The translations under genes were made by a program, and so were the position numbers. DNA of 64,000 nt from Haliotis cracherodii (lineage: Eukaryota): contig NW_027266266.1 in the NCBI RefSeq assembly GCF_022045235.1, forward strand, positions 17,732,001 through 17,796,000, written 5' to 3'. Under the pieces are notes generated by a model. That model was not told where the DNA came from. It searched no databases and worked only from the letters and a program-made list of their open reading frames with translations. Every line of letters begins with the position of its first letter. Positions within the stretch are counted from its first letter, which is position 1. Positions 1-12,293 of this stretch are shown here, piece by piece.

Positions 1-423
1 CTCTCAAGGGAAAAACTAACATGAGAACCAGATGGTTAGGTTACTATGTGTAGGCTCGTGAGTAAGTCGGTAAGGGGATGTCTTACATACCCTCTCAAGG
101 GAAAAACTAACATGAGAATCAGATGGTTAGGTTACTACGTGTAGGCTCATGAGTAAGTCGGTAAGGGGATGTCTTACATACCTTCTCAGGGGAAAAACTA
201 ACATGAGAATCAGATGGTTAGGTTACTATGTGTAGGCTCGTGAGTAAGTCGGTAAGGGGATGTAATACACACCCTCTCAAGGGAAAAACTAACATGAGAA
301 TCAGATGGTTAGGTTACTATGTGTAGGCTCGTGAGTAAGTCGGTAAGGGGATGTCTTACATACCTTCTCAAGGGGAAAAACTAACATGAGAATCAGATGG
401 TTAGGTTACTACGTGTAGGCTCG
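1..423. repeat. 91-bp tandem repeat (~4.6 copies, truncated by window edge)
   Basis: ctctcaagggaaaaactaacatgaga...tcttacatacc recurs at 1, 92, ~183, ~274, ~365. Confidence 0.95.
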
Positions 424-477
424 TGTGTCATCGCGCCCCAAATGTGTGTATCAGTGCTTGTGCTGTCAATCACTGAT

Positions 478-797
478 GTGTGTTTGTTGTTTAACGCCAC
501 CCTCTGCAGTAGTCCAGATTTATGAATAAAGCCTTGACCAGAAAATTCAGTGATTGATATTGTGAGCAGCGACGATCGTGGTCGGGGTACGTTGACACGC
601 CATGATGTAAGTCTCTGAGCCTGACCTCTGGTCAATTAAGACACCTCCTACAACCAGCATAGCTTGTTGGGGACCTATTCTAACCCCAGAATCCCCATAG
701 AGTCAATCACTGGTTGACATATAGCACTGATCATATTTACAGGCTGTTGTACAGTTGGAATAATACTGACTGCAGCGTAAAACAACATTCACTCACA
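478..797 (-). mobile_element. Diverged copy of SINE-like family 4 (structured non-tRNA head) plus an adjacent SINE tail fragment
   Basis: Tail tttgttgtttaacgcc and head revcomp atggggattctggggttagaataggtccccaac resemble 9480-9744; paralogous segment at ~19750-20078. Confidence 0.6.
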
Positions 798-1553
798 TAG
801 AAAACTGAAACCATAATTTCAGCTGTACATGTTTATTGATATTCTTGTTGAGATTGTTTATTAATTGATCACAATCTGCACAATTCTTGCGTAAACAGGA
901 AAATTTAATAAATTTGTCTTTATAATATTCAACTTTCAAATCAGTTTCTCCTTATTTTTGTTCACTGTTCCGCTTCAAAAATTAGGTCTATAGAAATCAT
1001 CCTATGAAGTTTAGCGTGGATAGATAGAACTCTAGATAAAATAGTTTCTTCATACCAGTGAATGCATATGAGAAATTATCAGACTTCATCTGCGCTTTAA
1101 CTTACATGCAGTATCATGCATGGAGAAGTGCTAGACAGCTTAACCCTTAGACTCTGTCTGCGTGACATTTGTTGCACAGGAAGCTGGAAAATTGCATACC
1201 CAACTTTGGGACATCGTAGATGGAAAATTACAATTAGTTAGGAAGTATGGCTCATGAAATGTGACTCTATTTTAATGAACTGTTCTACGTCACTTCAAGG
1301 CACTCTTCTAAATAATTCAGCAGAATAATATGTTCAAGGGAAATACCACACCTGCTCCACCTGGTACATCTCAACAACAGATGTCATATTACTTATTGCA
1401 GTGATGGGTTCTTAGAACTTCTCACTGGCGTGTATTGAACTGTTACACCCCCGCCATATGACATAGATGCTGCTCGTGCGTCTTCACCACTGATTCTATG
1501 GATCATCATGAGTTGATTGATTGGTTTTGAAGCTAATATTTTCCCAAACTGTT

Positions 1554-1632
1554 TCATTTCCACAGTACTTCAAACGTGGTCCCCTTATACCCAACTTCAA
1601 ATGCTTGATTCCTGGTGAATTTGATGTAGTTT
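1554..1632 (-). CDS. MIF: MIF-like gene copy 1, coding exon 3 (R)NYIKFTRNQAFEVGYKGTTFEVLWK*
   Basis: Polypyrimidine acceptor ttttctttattttcag, phase 2 matching exon 2, TGA at 1556-1554; resembles MIF C-terminus [20 protein letters not shown]. Confidence 0.92.
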
Positions 1633-2160
1633 CTGAAAATAAAGAAAAATAGCAATCGGAATTCTGCTCCACTGTGGCTCTGTGTGTGACAACTGCCCAC
1701 CCTAATACTGACCTAGGTCACGGGGTATCATTGTGAGTAGGGATTTAGTCACATCAGTAAATGTTAAATGTTGATGTCGTATCAATAAAAATTTATGAAT
1801 ATCGATACTAAATGAGCAGTTGACTGCGGCATAAATGTTCACATATCTATAGATTACCATGGCTAAGATGGACAATTGAGGATGCAGAAAACTCAAAGGA
1901 CTCGCTTGCCAACAAGGCTTCATATTCATTTCCTCTCATGATAGAATATTTTAATGTATGTATTTTCTTACTGCGACCTTATAAGACTATCAAATATTTA
2001 TTGGATACAAAGAGGTTTATGTCACATCCCCTTACCTTATAAGCAGTGGCCACGTGTTGTCTTGATCTACCACAAGCATAAACTGCAGTGACTTTATTTT
2101 TATGGACAGACTGTTGAAATACTTCAGAAATTCGAAACAGAACCATGTATAATTTGTTAC

Positions 2161-2333
2161 CTTTTAGGGTCAATACCAAGCTTTTGTTGCAGGAATTCTG
2201 AAATGTCTTTGGACATCTGAATGTTTTCCTTATTCCCCATGTTCGTGATACCTTGCAGCTCGGAGTTGGCACATAGATCAGTCGTACCCCCGTGGCTCAT
2301 CATCTGATCTGAATGAATCAACACTGCAATACC
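2161..2333 (-). CDS. MIF: MIF-like gene copy 1, coding exon 2 (173 bp) GIAVLIHSDQMMSHGGTTDLCANSELQGITNMGNKENIQMSKDISEFLQQKLGIDPK(R)
   Basis: atttcag acceptor, gtaac donor, open frame; aligns without gaps to vertebrate MIF exon 2 ([24 protein letters not shown]...LRISPDR), also 173 bp. Confidence 0.95.
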
Positions 2334-2344
2334 CTGAAATATAC

Positions 2345-3242
2345 TTGAGTAAATAAGTTAATAAGTTAAGTGAAAGACTGAGTAAAATGATTGAACGATT
2401 GAGTAAGTTGAGACAATGATATAATGAATGATTTTGCTGAATAATTGAGAAAGTTGAATAAATGATTGAGTAAGTTGAGTGAATGATGGAATAATTTGGG
2501 TGACTGTTTGAGTAAGTGACATGAATGACGAAGTAGGTTGCCTGATTGAATGAGTACATTGTGTGAATAAAGGTTCAGTTGAGTAAATGGTGGAGTAAGT
2601 TAAGTAAATGACGGAGTAAGCTGAATAAATGACGGAAGTTGAGTGAAGGACGGAGTAAGTTAAGTAAATGACGGAATAAGCTGAATAAATGACGGAAGTT
2701 GAGTGAAGGACGGAGTAGGCTGAGTAAAAGACGGAAGTTGAGTGAATGACGGAGTAAGTTAAGTAAATGACGGAGTAAGTTGAGTGAATGACGGAGTAAG
2801 TTAAGTAAATGACGGAGTAGGCTGAGTAAATGACGGAAGTTGAGTGAAGGACGGAGTAAGTTAAGTAAATGACGGAGTAAGTTGAGTAAATGACGGAGTA
2901 AGTTAAGTAAATGACGGAGTAAGTTGAGTAAATGACGGAAGTTGAGTGAATGAGAGATTAAGCTGAGTAAATGAGTGGAGGTGAGTGAATGACGGAGTAA
3001 GTTGTGTAAATGATTGAGTATGTTGAGTAAATGATTGAGTATGTTGGGTAAATGATTGAGTATGTTGAGTATATGGCGCAGTAAATTGAATAAATGATTG
3101 AGTAAGTTGAGTGAATGGCATAGTAAGTTAAGTGAATGGCTGAGTAAGTTGACTGAATGATTTGGATGAGTGAATGATTGGTTAAGTTGAGCAATTGATT
3201 AAGTTGAGTAATTGAGTGAGCAAGTTGAGTGAATGATTGAGA
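2345..3242. repeat. Degenerate ~20-21-bp satellite (gagtaagttgagtgaatgac) in MIF intron 1
   Basis: Direct inspection; paralogous arrays at ~11140-11440, 20079-20645, 34440-35000. Confidence 0.9.
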
Positions 3243-4132
3243 GTAGCAACCAAACCACCTCATTTGAAGGTTAGAATTTACAGTCGACAACTGGCTGCCT
3301 TACTTCATGGGTTTATGATGCCTACTGGAAATCTTTCACAGTGAAGCTTTCAGTGGATAGAAATGTTTGTGGTGTCCAACAACTCTCCAGATAAGCTGCG
3401 TATACAATATTCACAAGAAATAACCATTTCCGAATTACTGTTAAGTTCTTCAAACGCGTGCACAAATTCTTGGAAATAAACAACAGTGTACGAATATTGT
3501 GCATAAATAAGCCAGTGCAACATTTTAAGTTACAGATCCTTTCTACAGATCGAATAAAGACATCATGTATACACGAACAGATGCAAATATAGAAGTCAAC
3601 TGAAACAGCATCCAAAGCAGAGTTATCGTTAAAAAAAGGTCTACTTGTACTCACTGGTTCATAAATACCTAATAGACTGGACCAAAAAATGTCTAAATAT
3701 ACCACTCAAAGTTTGCTAAGGATAACATTTTCCGAATATGAGAAAAACATTCCAATGACAAATACAAATGACCATGTACAAAATCGTGCAGATAAATGTT
3801 TAATTGAAAGGAAATGATTGGAATGTATTTGAGAAAATACCAAAGCAAGACGGTGGCAACTGTGGTTATCATGCATCACGTGCATCACGTGCATATGGTG
3901 TCCTTCACAGCATTCCTTCACCTTTTTAGTGTGGTACTGTTGCTCCAGTGGGGGCACCCAATCATTGTGTACCGGGTTTTACTAAAATAAGACTTCATAT
4001 CATAATTTCATATTGCATTAAGGATGTGATCCTACAGCAAACTTTGAATAGTATGAATGATAAATTGAGTAAATATCCAGTAGATCCAAACATTATCTGG
4101 AGCACTGGTACATATTGGATGTTTTATTGTAG

Positions 4133-4385
4133 TACTGTATATCCTCCATCAAACGCATGGACGTTTATTTTTTCAGACACTCTTTTATCCCCGGCGTTTT
4201 ATCACGGCCCTGCGTTTATAATAATTATATTTCAATTTCCGACTAATGATTTGCTCATACACATCTTCGTAGTTCTATCAAATGCTTCTGTTTCGCGGGG
4301 ACGCATACTGTAGTTGAAATACAATACAACCATATCAACCATCCGGCGTTTAATAAATCCCTGCATTATTCGAGGAAATAAGGTA
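4133..4385. mobile_element. Non-autonomous DNA transposon (MITE) relic in MIF intron 1
   Basis: Imperfect terminal inverted repeats tactgtatatcctc / gaggaaataaggta, internal ccggcgttta motifs; paralogous copies ~11977-12171, ~20995-21285, ~35475-35644. Confidence 0.6.
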
Positions 4386-5409
4386 ACTTGCATCCATCCA
4401 GGTTATTGAACAATATCTTATGAGAGGTCACTACTTACTTCCAACATACTTGAGATCTTGATAGACCCCAGCTATCTGGTGAAGTCACACATAGTGTTAA
4501 AACTATTCTTCAGCCAACGTGACATGAAGCATATTTTGTGTTGTAGTTTTACAGTTTGTATACTTTTGCTCTTCAGGCTCCATCAAACCCTGTTGGGAGG
4601 ACCAAACACCGGAAAACTAGTTCCTAGTTAATTCTAGTTCATGTTCCGAATTGTTTATCATTTAGAATTATCTTATCTGAATTATAGCTGAATTTTATCT
4701 GAATTATATCTGAATTATGTTTTGTCATTAAGCCGAAAAAAGAACAATTACTATCATTATGGAATTTTTTTTGAACTATCCATTCAAATATTCCTTAATT
4801 TCATGCACACAAAAAATTAAGTTACTCTGAAGTGTTATTTCAATTTTAAGAAATACCAAATAATCTTTAAATATTGGATTTATTGTATGGTATTCAAAGA
4901 TAATTTAATTCAAATTTATTTGGTGCCACTCGCAACGCAAAGTTGCATACCAGAAACTTGGGAATGTGGGCCAATTTCGTGGTTTGTCAGCAGCACTTTG
5001 TTAATGCTACAGTCAGCAAGATTCCAGCTATATGACAGTCTTAAAATAATTAAAGTCTGGATCAGTCAATTCAGGGATTGATATTGTGAATCCGTTCCGT
5101 TTGGTCGCCTTTTATGACCAGAAAAGGTTGAACCTGGAATCGACATGGGGATCCTGTGAGTATGTCTTCACCAAAGCGGGAAAAGATCTAAAATCTACAT
5201 GACTTCGGGCTTTCTGACCATCTGTGATATAACTGAAATACTCTCCAAAGCGACATCATATCAAACCCGCTCATTTAGTTGAGAACAATCATTCCTCTAT
5301 ATAAAATTGGGGGCACTACTGCCACTTTTGCTCATTATCTCGTAATGACCTATTTGGAGGTTTCAGTTTTTCTTCGGAAGACCTGGTATGAGGTTTTACG
5401 TTCCCAAAG

Positions 5410-5775
5410 TAAAGTGAGGTGAAATGGGGTTTAACGTCGCGTCCAAGATTATTGCACTTATATAGCGACGTGCATGCACGTGTGTGTGTGTGTGTGTGTG
5501 TGGCTGCTTGTACTAGTCCGGACTGATGCCGATTTATAGTGCTAGCACACTGAGATACCATGCCGCAGTTTAACATGAATACCCCACTTAGACACAGTAT
5601 ACTGACTCCGAGCCGACCAGTCCTTGTTTTAGCCCCTTAATGCCGAGCGCCAGACAGGGTAACAACAAGTACCATCTTTTAACGTCTTTTGGTATGACGC
5701 AGCTGGGGATCGAACCCCGGACCTTCCGCTCTCTCCGGGCGGACGCTCTACCTTTAGACCACGGAGGCGGTCTCC
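5410..5775 (-). mobile_element. tRNA-derived SINE family 3 (possibly MetaSINE-type central domain)
   Basis: Revcomp head has pol III A/B boxes (ggtagagcg...ggttcgatcccc), central ggcgctcggcattaagggg segment and CA-repeat region; related copies 13424-13758, 61485-61790, 63200-63330, 63873-64000. Confidence 0.85.
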
Positions 5776-7132
5776 CATAGTAAGACCTCATGAGTTGAGT
5801 AGTAGATGAAATTTATCTTCGTAGACTTGGAATGAAAGTTTTCATTATGGATTACGGGAATCGAACCTGCAACCTCACATTTCGTGTTAAGTTTTGTTTT
5901 CCTCACTGAGCCACCGGTGGAGATGATGACAAGTAGTTCAGTTTTACTTGTCAAGACCTCTGTTTGTGCTGCATGCTGCACGTGGTCTTTCTCTCGCACG
6001 CATCGATTGCTCGTACCAGCCACGTGGTATAAAACCGCGACACGAGCACGAAATTCTCGTGCCGCGACTGCTTTCGCTAACAGTTGTACACATGAACAGC
6101 TGTACAATAGTCTCGTTTTTACGCCCTAAATGTATTATATTTTTGTTTATATCAAACAAACTCTTCAGACTTTCCCTCGTGTTTACATTTTCAACCAAAG
6201 GCTCGGAGGCATGTTTTCTCCTATATATATAGCTCCCTACGGTTATTTGTAATTTCTAATAAAACATTATTAATTCTAACCTGAACTTACTGAACAATTT
6301 GAGTCTTTCAATATGGCTGCCAAGTATGGACGGACGAAAGATATGCGATGTTGAAACTCACCCTTATTGTTGGGCTTAACAACTCATTTTCAGAGCACTT
6401 GTCCGAATAACAGCATAAAGGCAAACAATGAAATGTAGTCATTCCCCCTCGAACCCTGCCGGGATTCAGATTGAAATTTGTTTCAAACAATCTCTGCTGG
6501 TTGTAGTTGGTGATTAAAAGGACCAAGTTGTCAGGCTTGGTCACTAAGTTAATTGTGTGTCAACGTACCCTGACGGGTTGTGCTCATAATATCAATCACT
6601 GATCACTGGGCCAGACTCCCAGGTGTCCATCATACAGCTGGAATTCACGGCATTAAGCAATAATCACACACAAAATTATGCAACAGATGCCATATGTGCG
6701 TTATGTGTTCCCCGTTATCTGGCTCCCATTTATAAATATCAGAGTCTCCATCTATGATTATAAGATCAAAGATTAAATGTATTAAATTATCATAAGATTA
6801 TTTGGATTCAGGACAGAAGATGGATGCGTCGAAAGCAATGCTTGACGTCAGAGGCAAGTAAGTGGATCGTGTGGTCAAGTTTGGTGACTTGGGTGACTGT
6901 GTGTTGTCGTAACCCAATTGTGTGAATTGATGTCAATCACTGGATTGAAAGTATAATTATTATTTTCATCATACTTTTTTTTTTCTGTTTTCTATATAAT
7001 TCATATATTACCGATACTAATACTGTTAAATGTTACAAAATACATCATCACATCATTACTGCAAGAACTGAAATACATTCCAATACATCTCCTCTTACAA
7101 TAATGAATTACACTTTTCACTACACACACAGC

Positions 7133-7133
<1 letters not shown>

Positions 7134-7213
<80 letters not shown>
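7134..7213. repeat. (CA)n microsatellite
   Basis: Direct inspection. Confidence 0.99.
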
Positions 7214-7216
<3 letters not shown>

Positions 7217-7546
7217 ATATGACCGAAAACATAATGATGACATTATTTCCATCATGAATGAAAATGTTGTTGAAAGAGTGTTCATTTGCCCAAGGAAGCC
7301 CTTACTCGAGAATAATAACCGTCATGTTGAGATACACATATAATCAATAATTGTAATGGCTTTAATGTCAAACATGTCCTGATATGACCAATCTTGACGT
7401 TTGACTCCCCTCTATCTGTTTGATAATACATTGCAATATTCTGAAAATTCATTCAAAATACTGCTACAAAGAACTATTGACAATTCACAACAAATACTGT
7501 GGTTTAGAAACAGAATTTCTACTTCTGCATGTATGCTTGAACGAAC

Positions 7547-7654
7547 CTCTTCCGGTTTCCGAAGAGTTTTGGAGATCATTTTTGTGGTTTCAAACAGAAA
7601 CCCCTTTGGGATGGCACTTGCTGGCAGATTCGTGAACAGAAGAAAAACAGGCAT
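7547..7654 (-). CDS. MIF: MIF-like gene copy 1, coding exon 1 (108 bp) MPVFLLFTNLPASAIPKGFLFETTKMISKTLRKPEE
   Basis: Met-Pro start (catalytic Pro1), TN and KP motifs, 36 codons ending at a GT donor (gttcgt), as for vertebrate MIF exon 1; spliced product 119 aa. Confidence 0.93.
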
Positions 7655-7785
7655 GGTTACACTGACTCCAAGACACAAACTTTTCTGCATACACACACCG
7701 CTGTCCTCGCTTGATAAATCTAGAGCTATGTTGTGGAACTTCTGATGCGCGATCACACTCTGGGACAGTGATGACTTAGCATTAC

Positions 7786-7900
7786 ACCACTGCCACAGGA
7801 CAATTTGCATATTACGTGACCGGAATTTTCCCTTGATAGTGAACACTCCGGTGCAGTCATAACCTAGCATCTTACCACTGCCACAGGACAATTTGCATAC
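7786..7900 (-). promoter_or_regulatory. Putative MIF proximal promoter module: octamer x2, ACGTG core, kappaB-like site
   Basis: ATTTGCAT at 7803-7810 and 7891-7898, TACGTG at 7813-7818, GGAATTTTCCC at 7822-7832; partly retained upstream of copies 2 and 5. Confidence 0.4.
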
Positions 7901-8536
7901 TTTATTCCTTATTCAGAACAGACTGGCCCTATGCAAGCCTTTCGGTACGCGATACATATTGTTTTGCATAAGTGTATAAATATGCTTCGAAAACTATGAC
8001 AGTGAGGTGCATGACAATATATCCTCACACATCCAAGTCACCATATCGCCAGCTCTCCCAGGGGCTTTGATGACAGTACGTGAGGCTGTACAACCAATGT
8101 GAAGATAGAAGAAATAAGATATTGATTTGAAGCATTTTGCATGTGGGAGCTAACATAGAGACGGTCACATCACATGGGGTCACATCATATGGGGTGCAAT
8201 AACCAGACACGTATTACACCCCCCTGTCGGGCTGATATAGCTTGTCAGTGCAGTTGACAAGAGACTGGGAAGCAAGTAATTGGAGTTACGTCCCTTAGTG
8301 CGTCGTCTGCTCAGCGTAAGGAATAATGTCTGTTTTATTGTGCAAGCCCGCTGCTCGAGATACTATGCCGCAGTTTAACATGGATGCCCCACTCTGGGAA
8401 ACAAGTTCCATCTTTTAACGGGCACCTCTCCGGGCAGACGCTGTATCTACTTGACCAAGCGGCGGTCCTCTATTATGAATGTATGTCCGACATGTTGCCT
8501 TGGAAACACAGACAATAATATTCCTTCATATTCCCT

Positions 8537-8879
8537 GCCTGATTTCCCCGGGTATGCTGCGCTGGCGCAACACTGACCCAGGCAATGACTGAACAACTGC
8601 GACCTCCACTAGACAATCAAATATGGCGGACCCGACATGTATTTACTATAGAAAAACGCTAGAACAGGTGGTAAAGATGTCTTTTAACATTTTCATCACT
8701 GTTGTTGCAATGTATACGTCACGAGAATAACGTCCCTTGGTACTTACACCCGTTCTGGCGTTTTTCTATAGTAAATACATGTCGTGCCCGCCATGTTTGT
8801 TCGTCTAGTAGAGGCCGCCATTGTGCAGTCATTGCCTGGGTCAGTGTAGCGCCAGCGCAGCATACCCAGGGAACCAGGC
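8537..8879. mobile_element. Fold-back MITE with ~140-bp imperfect terminal inverted repeats
   Basis: gcctgatttccccgggtatgctgcgctggcg...ctatagaaaaacgctagaac mirrors gttctggcgtttttctatag...cgccagcgcagcatacccagggaaccaggc. Confidence 0.85.
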
Positions 8880-9479
8880 TGTTATACTCCTGCCCAGTGA
8901 TGGACATCGATTCGTCCCTTGTCTGACGTTATTAATATCGAACAAGTAATGAAAGCAATCGCCATTTCCATATGAGGCCGACTTGCTTCCTTGGAAATTT
9001 AACGCAAACAATAAAAACATTTTAAAAATGAACAGCAAAAGGCACTTTCAACACTTTATCGGTGTGTTTTAAGAATTGGCTTTCACTTTGTGGGAGTGCC
9101 CTTGAGTATGAACCTTCATTGGGTGAGGGCCAAACTGTGAACTTCGGAGCCTGCGACGACATTCATACACTTTTTTATATTTTTATATTCCTACTCTGGA
9201 CCACGAAACACGTATTCCAATAAGTAAGCGTGACTTCATGTTTATACTGACACAAACAAACAGCTGTATCCGGAAACCGATAGTTCCGCGATTTAAATTG
9301 TTCTTCAGTCAACTCATTTGTTGTTTGCTAAGATTAACAAGTACGATTTAAATAATATCGTCATGAGAAAATGTCTACCCCTACCACAGTCACTGTCATA
9401 ATACATTTCGTTCAACTGAAAGACGACAAAATGGCCGACACGATCATCGTGACGCGGTGAGATTTCCGAAGTTGTCAAT

Positions 9480-9744
9480 GTTTGTTTGTTTGTTGTTTAA
9501 CGCCATACTCAGCAATATTCCAGCTATATAACGTCGGTCTGTAAATAATCGAGTCTGGACCAGACAATCCAGTGATTTACATCATGAGCATCGATCCACG
9601 CAATTGGGACCGATGACATGCATCAACCAAGTCAGCGAGCCTGACCACCCGATCCCGTTAGTCGCCTTTTACGACAAGCATAGTCGCTTTTTACGGCAAG
9701 CATGGGTTGTTGAAGACGTATTCTACCCCGAACCTCCACGGGTC
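9480..9744 (-). mobile_element. SINE-like family 4 (non-tRNA head, (caaa)n tail)
   Basis: Matches 25428-25641; 3' part gctggaatattgctgag...ggcgttaaacaacaaacaaac resembles the tails of the other SINEs here; internal 22-bp duplication in the head. Confidence 0.8.
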
Positions 9745-10495
9745 GAGGTTGTCAATGTATCAGTCCCGATTAGGTGTCAGTCATCCTTGATAATCTTCAA
9801 GATAATTCAAAAGTGATTATAAGGATGTGTCAAAAAGTCACTGAAGTAAATTTAAAGATTGCTGTAGAATATTGATTACTGTTGCTGTCAGTCAGTGCAT
9901 GGATCGAATCGTCGATAGTGATAGTGTCACTTGTGATCGGTTAACAATCCAAATTTGCCCTGGGTGCACACCGACATCTCAAGAAGACTATACAAAGATA
10001 TATAGACTCCCTGCAGTTGTATTCATAATTTCGCTGCTCTAACGTTTTGTACCGCTAAAATAAATGTAGAAATAACGCATGAATACAATGTCTGAGTGTA
10101 CCCATCCATATATTTTTTTACAGTGCCAAATGAAGCCAAAGTAATACGTCTTCACCACTGATACTATGGATCATCATTAGTTTATTGGAAGTTTTTTTAG
10201 TTAATATTTTGCCCAGACAATTCATTTATTTCCACAAGACCGCAAACTTGGTCCCTCATACCCAACGTCAAGTGGCTTCAGGTTGGTGAATTTGATGTAG
10301 TTTGTGAAAATAAAGAAAACCAGAAATAAGAATTCTGCTCAACTGTGGTTCTGTGTGTGGCAACTGATCACTCAAATACTGGCCGAGATCACAGGATGTA
10401 ATCATGTGTTGTGATGTAGATATCTCAGTAAATGTCTATGTTGTATCAATACAACTTTATGAATATCAATACGCAATGAATAATTCACTCTCACA

Positions 10496-10665
10496 GTGAG
10501 TCAGTGAGTGAGCATGGTTTTACGCAGCTTTTAGCAATATTCCAGCAATATCACGGTGGGTGACACAAGAAATTTGGCTTCACACATTGTACCCATGTGG
10601 GGAATCAAACCCGGGTTTTCGGCGTGACGAGCGAACACTTTAACCATTAGGCTACCCAACCGCCC
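10496..10665 (-). mobile_element. tRNA-derived SINE family 1
   Basis: Revcomp gggcggttgggtagcctaatggttaaagtgttcgctcgtcacgcc...(cact)n; matches 36181-36345; absent from intron 2 of MIF copy 1. Confidence 0.9.
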
Positions 10666-12187
10666 ATTACTGCAACAAAAATGTTTATATACCTATAGAT
10701 TACCATGGCTAAGATGGACAATGAGGTTGCCGAAAAGTCAATGGACTCTACGACAAGGCTTCACATTCACTTCCTCTCATGATAGAATATTTCATGGTAC
10801 CTCATAAGCAGTGGCCTCGTGTTCCCTTGATTTACATCAAGCATAAAGTACAGCGATTTATTCTGCCTCAACACCAACTGTATTTTATGGACAGATTGTT
10901 GAAATACTTCAGCAATTCAAAACAGAACCAAGTATAATTTCTAACCTTTTAGGGTCAATACCAAGCTTTGTTGCAGGAATTCTGAATTTTCTTTGGACAT
11001 CTGAATGTTTTCCTCATTCCCCGTGTGTCCGATACTCAGCAGCTCGGAGTTGGCACATGGATCAGTCGTACCCCCGTGGCTCATCATCTGATCTGGATGA
11101 ATCCTCACCGTCACATACTGAAATATAGCAAAATATTTGGGTGGATGAATTATTAAGTTGAGTGAAAGCTATTTGAATGATTGAGTAAATGATTGGGTAA
11201 GCTGAGTAAATGATTGAGTAAGATGAGTTAACGATGAAACATGTAGAGTGAATGATTGAGGGAATCATTTAGTAAGTCGCGCAAGTGAGTAGTTGAGGAA
11301 GTTGATTTAATGATTGAGTGAATGAATAGGCTAAGTGAAGGATTCAGCTGAGAGAATGATTGAGTAAGTTTTCGGAATCATTTTGATAAAATGAATGATT
11401 AAGTTGGGTGAATGATTGAGTTTAGTGAATGATTGAGTTTAACTGCCAAAAATACACTCATTTGAAACTTGGGATGAACCATTTACATGGAGAGCGACAG
11501 TGTGTTTTTTTTACCTTAAATTTCATATCAATGATTTTAATGGCTACTGGTCATCTTTCACAGTAAAGAAAGGTTTGTGGTGTCCAGGAATCCCCCAGGG
11601 TACACCACAGCTACACAAAATACGCACAATATCACCATTACCTAGTCAGTTTTGACTTCTTCAAATGTGTACAAATATGCATGAAAACACCAATAGTGAC
11701 TAATGGCCAATGTAGCCATTTCAGTTGGTACTCCTGTGTGTCTTACAAAATTTTTCTACTGAAGGAATAAACGCATCATGTACACATGAACAGATCCCAC
11801 TCAAAAGTCACCTGAAACTGATTCCGAAGTATAATTATTGTTGAAAGAGGTCTATATGTACTCATTGGTTCCTTAATACCCAACCGACTGGCCCCAAAGA
11901 AGTAAAATATGTTTAATATGTTCCATAGGGAATTTTCAGTACCCAGTGTGAATGATAACGTGAGTAAATATGGTAATACCATATTTCCTCCATAAGACGT
12001 CGAGGCCCAGCGTTTATAATTTCAATTTCCGACTAATGGTTTTCTCAGACCTATCTTTGACACCGCAGCTTAAAGGTTCTCTAAATCTCGAGGCCCAGCA
12101 TTTAATGGGGATCCGGCATTTATTGTTTTCAGATACCTCGTACACTGGCGATTAATCGAGGAAATACAGTAACATACATCCAACCAG

Positions 12188-12293
12188 GGCCTACTTGCAC
12201 AAAACGATCTTAGCGCTAAGACTATTGTAAGCCATGCTAAAGTATGGGAGTTACGATGATCTTAGCGCTCAGATCGCTTTGTGCAAGTGGGCC
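12188..12293. mobile_element. Palindromic MITE with 3-bp CAG target-site duplication (PIF/Harbinger-like)
   Basis: TIRs ggcctacttgcacaaaacgatct / agatcgctttgtgcaagtgggcc; CAG at 12185-12187 and 12294-12296; empty paralogous sites catccatccaggt at ~4391 and catccatccaggc at ~21291. Confidence 0.85.

Noticed and set aside
7412-7891. 159-aa minus-strand ORF as a stand-alone gene; Cys-rich upstream frames suggested a TNFR-like domain
   Set aside because: Only 7547-7654 is coding (MIF exon 1); the rest is promoter and intron, and frames are not conserved among paralogs.
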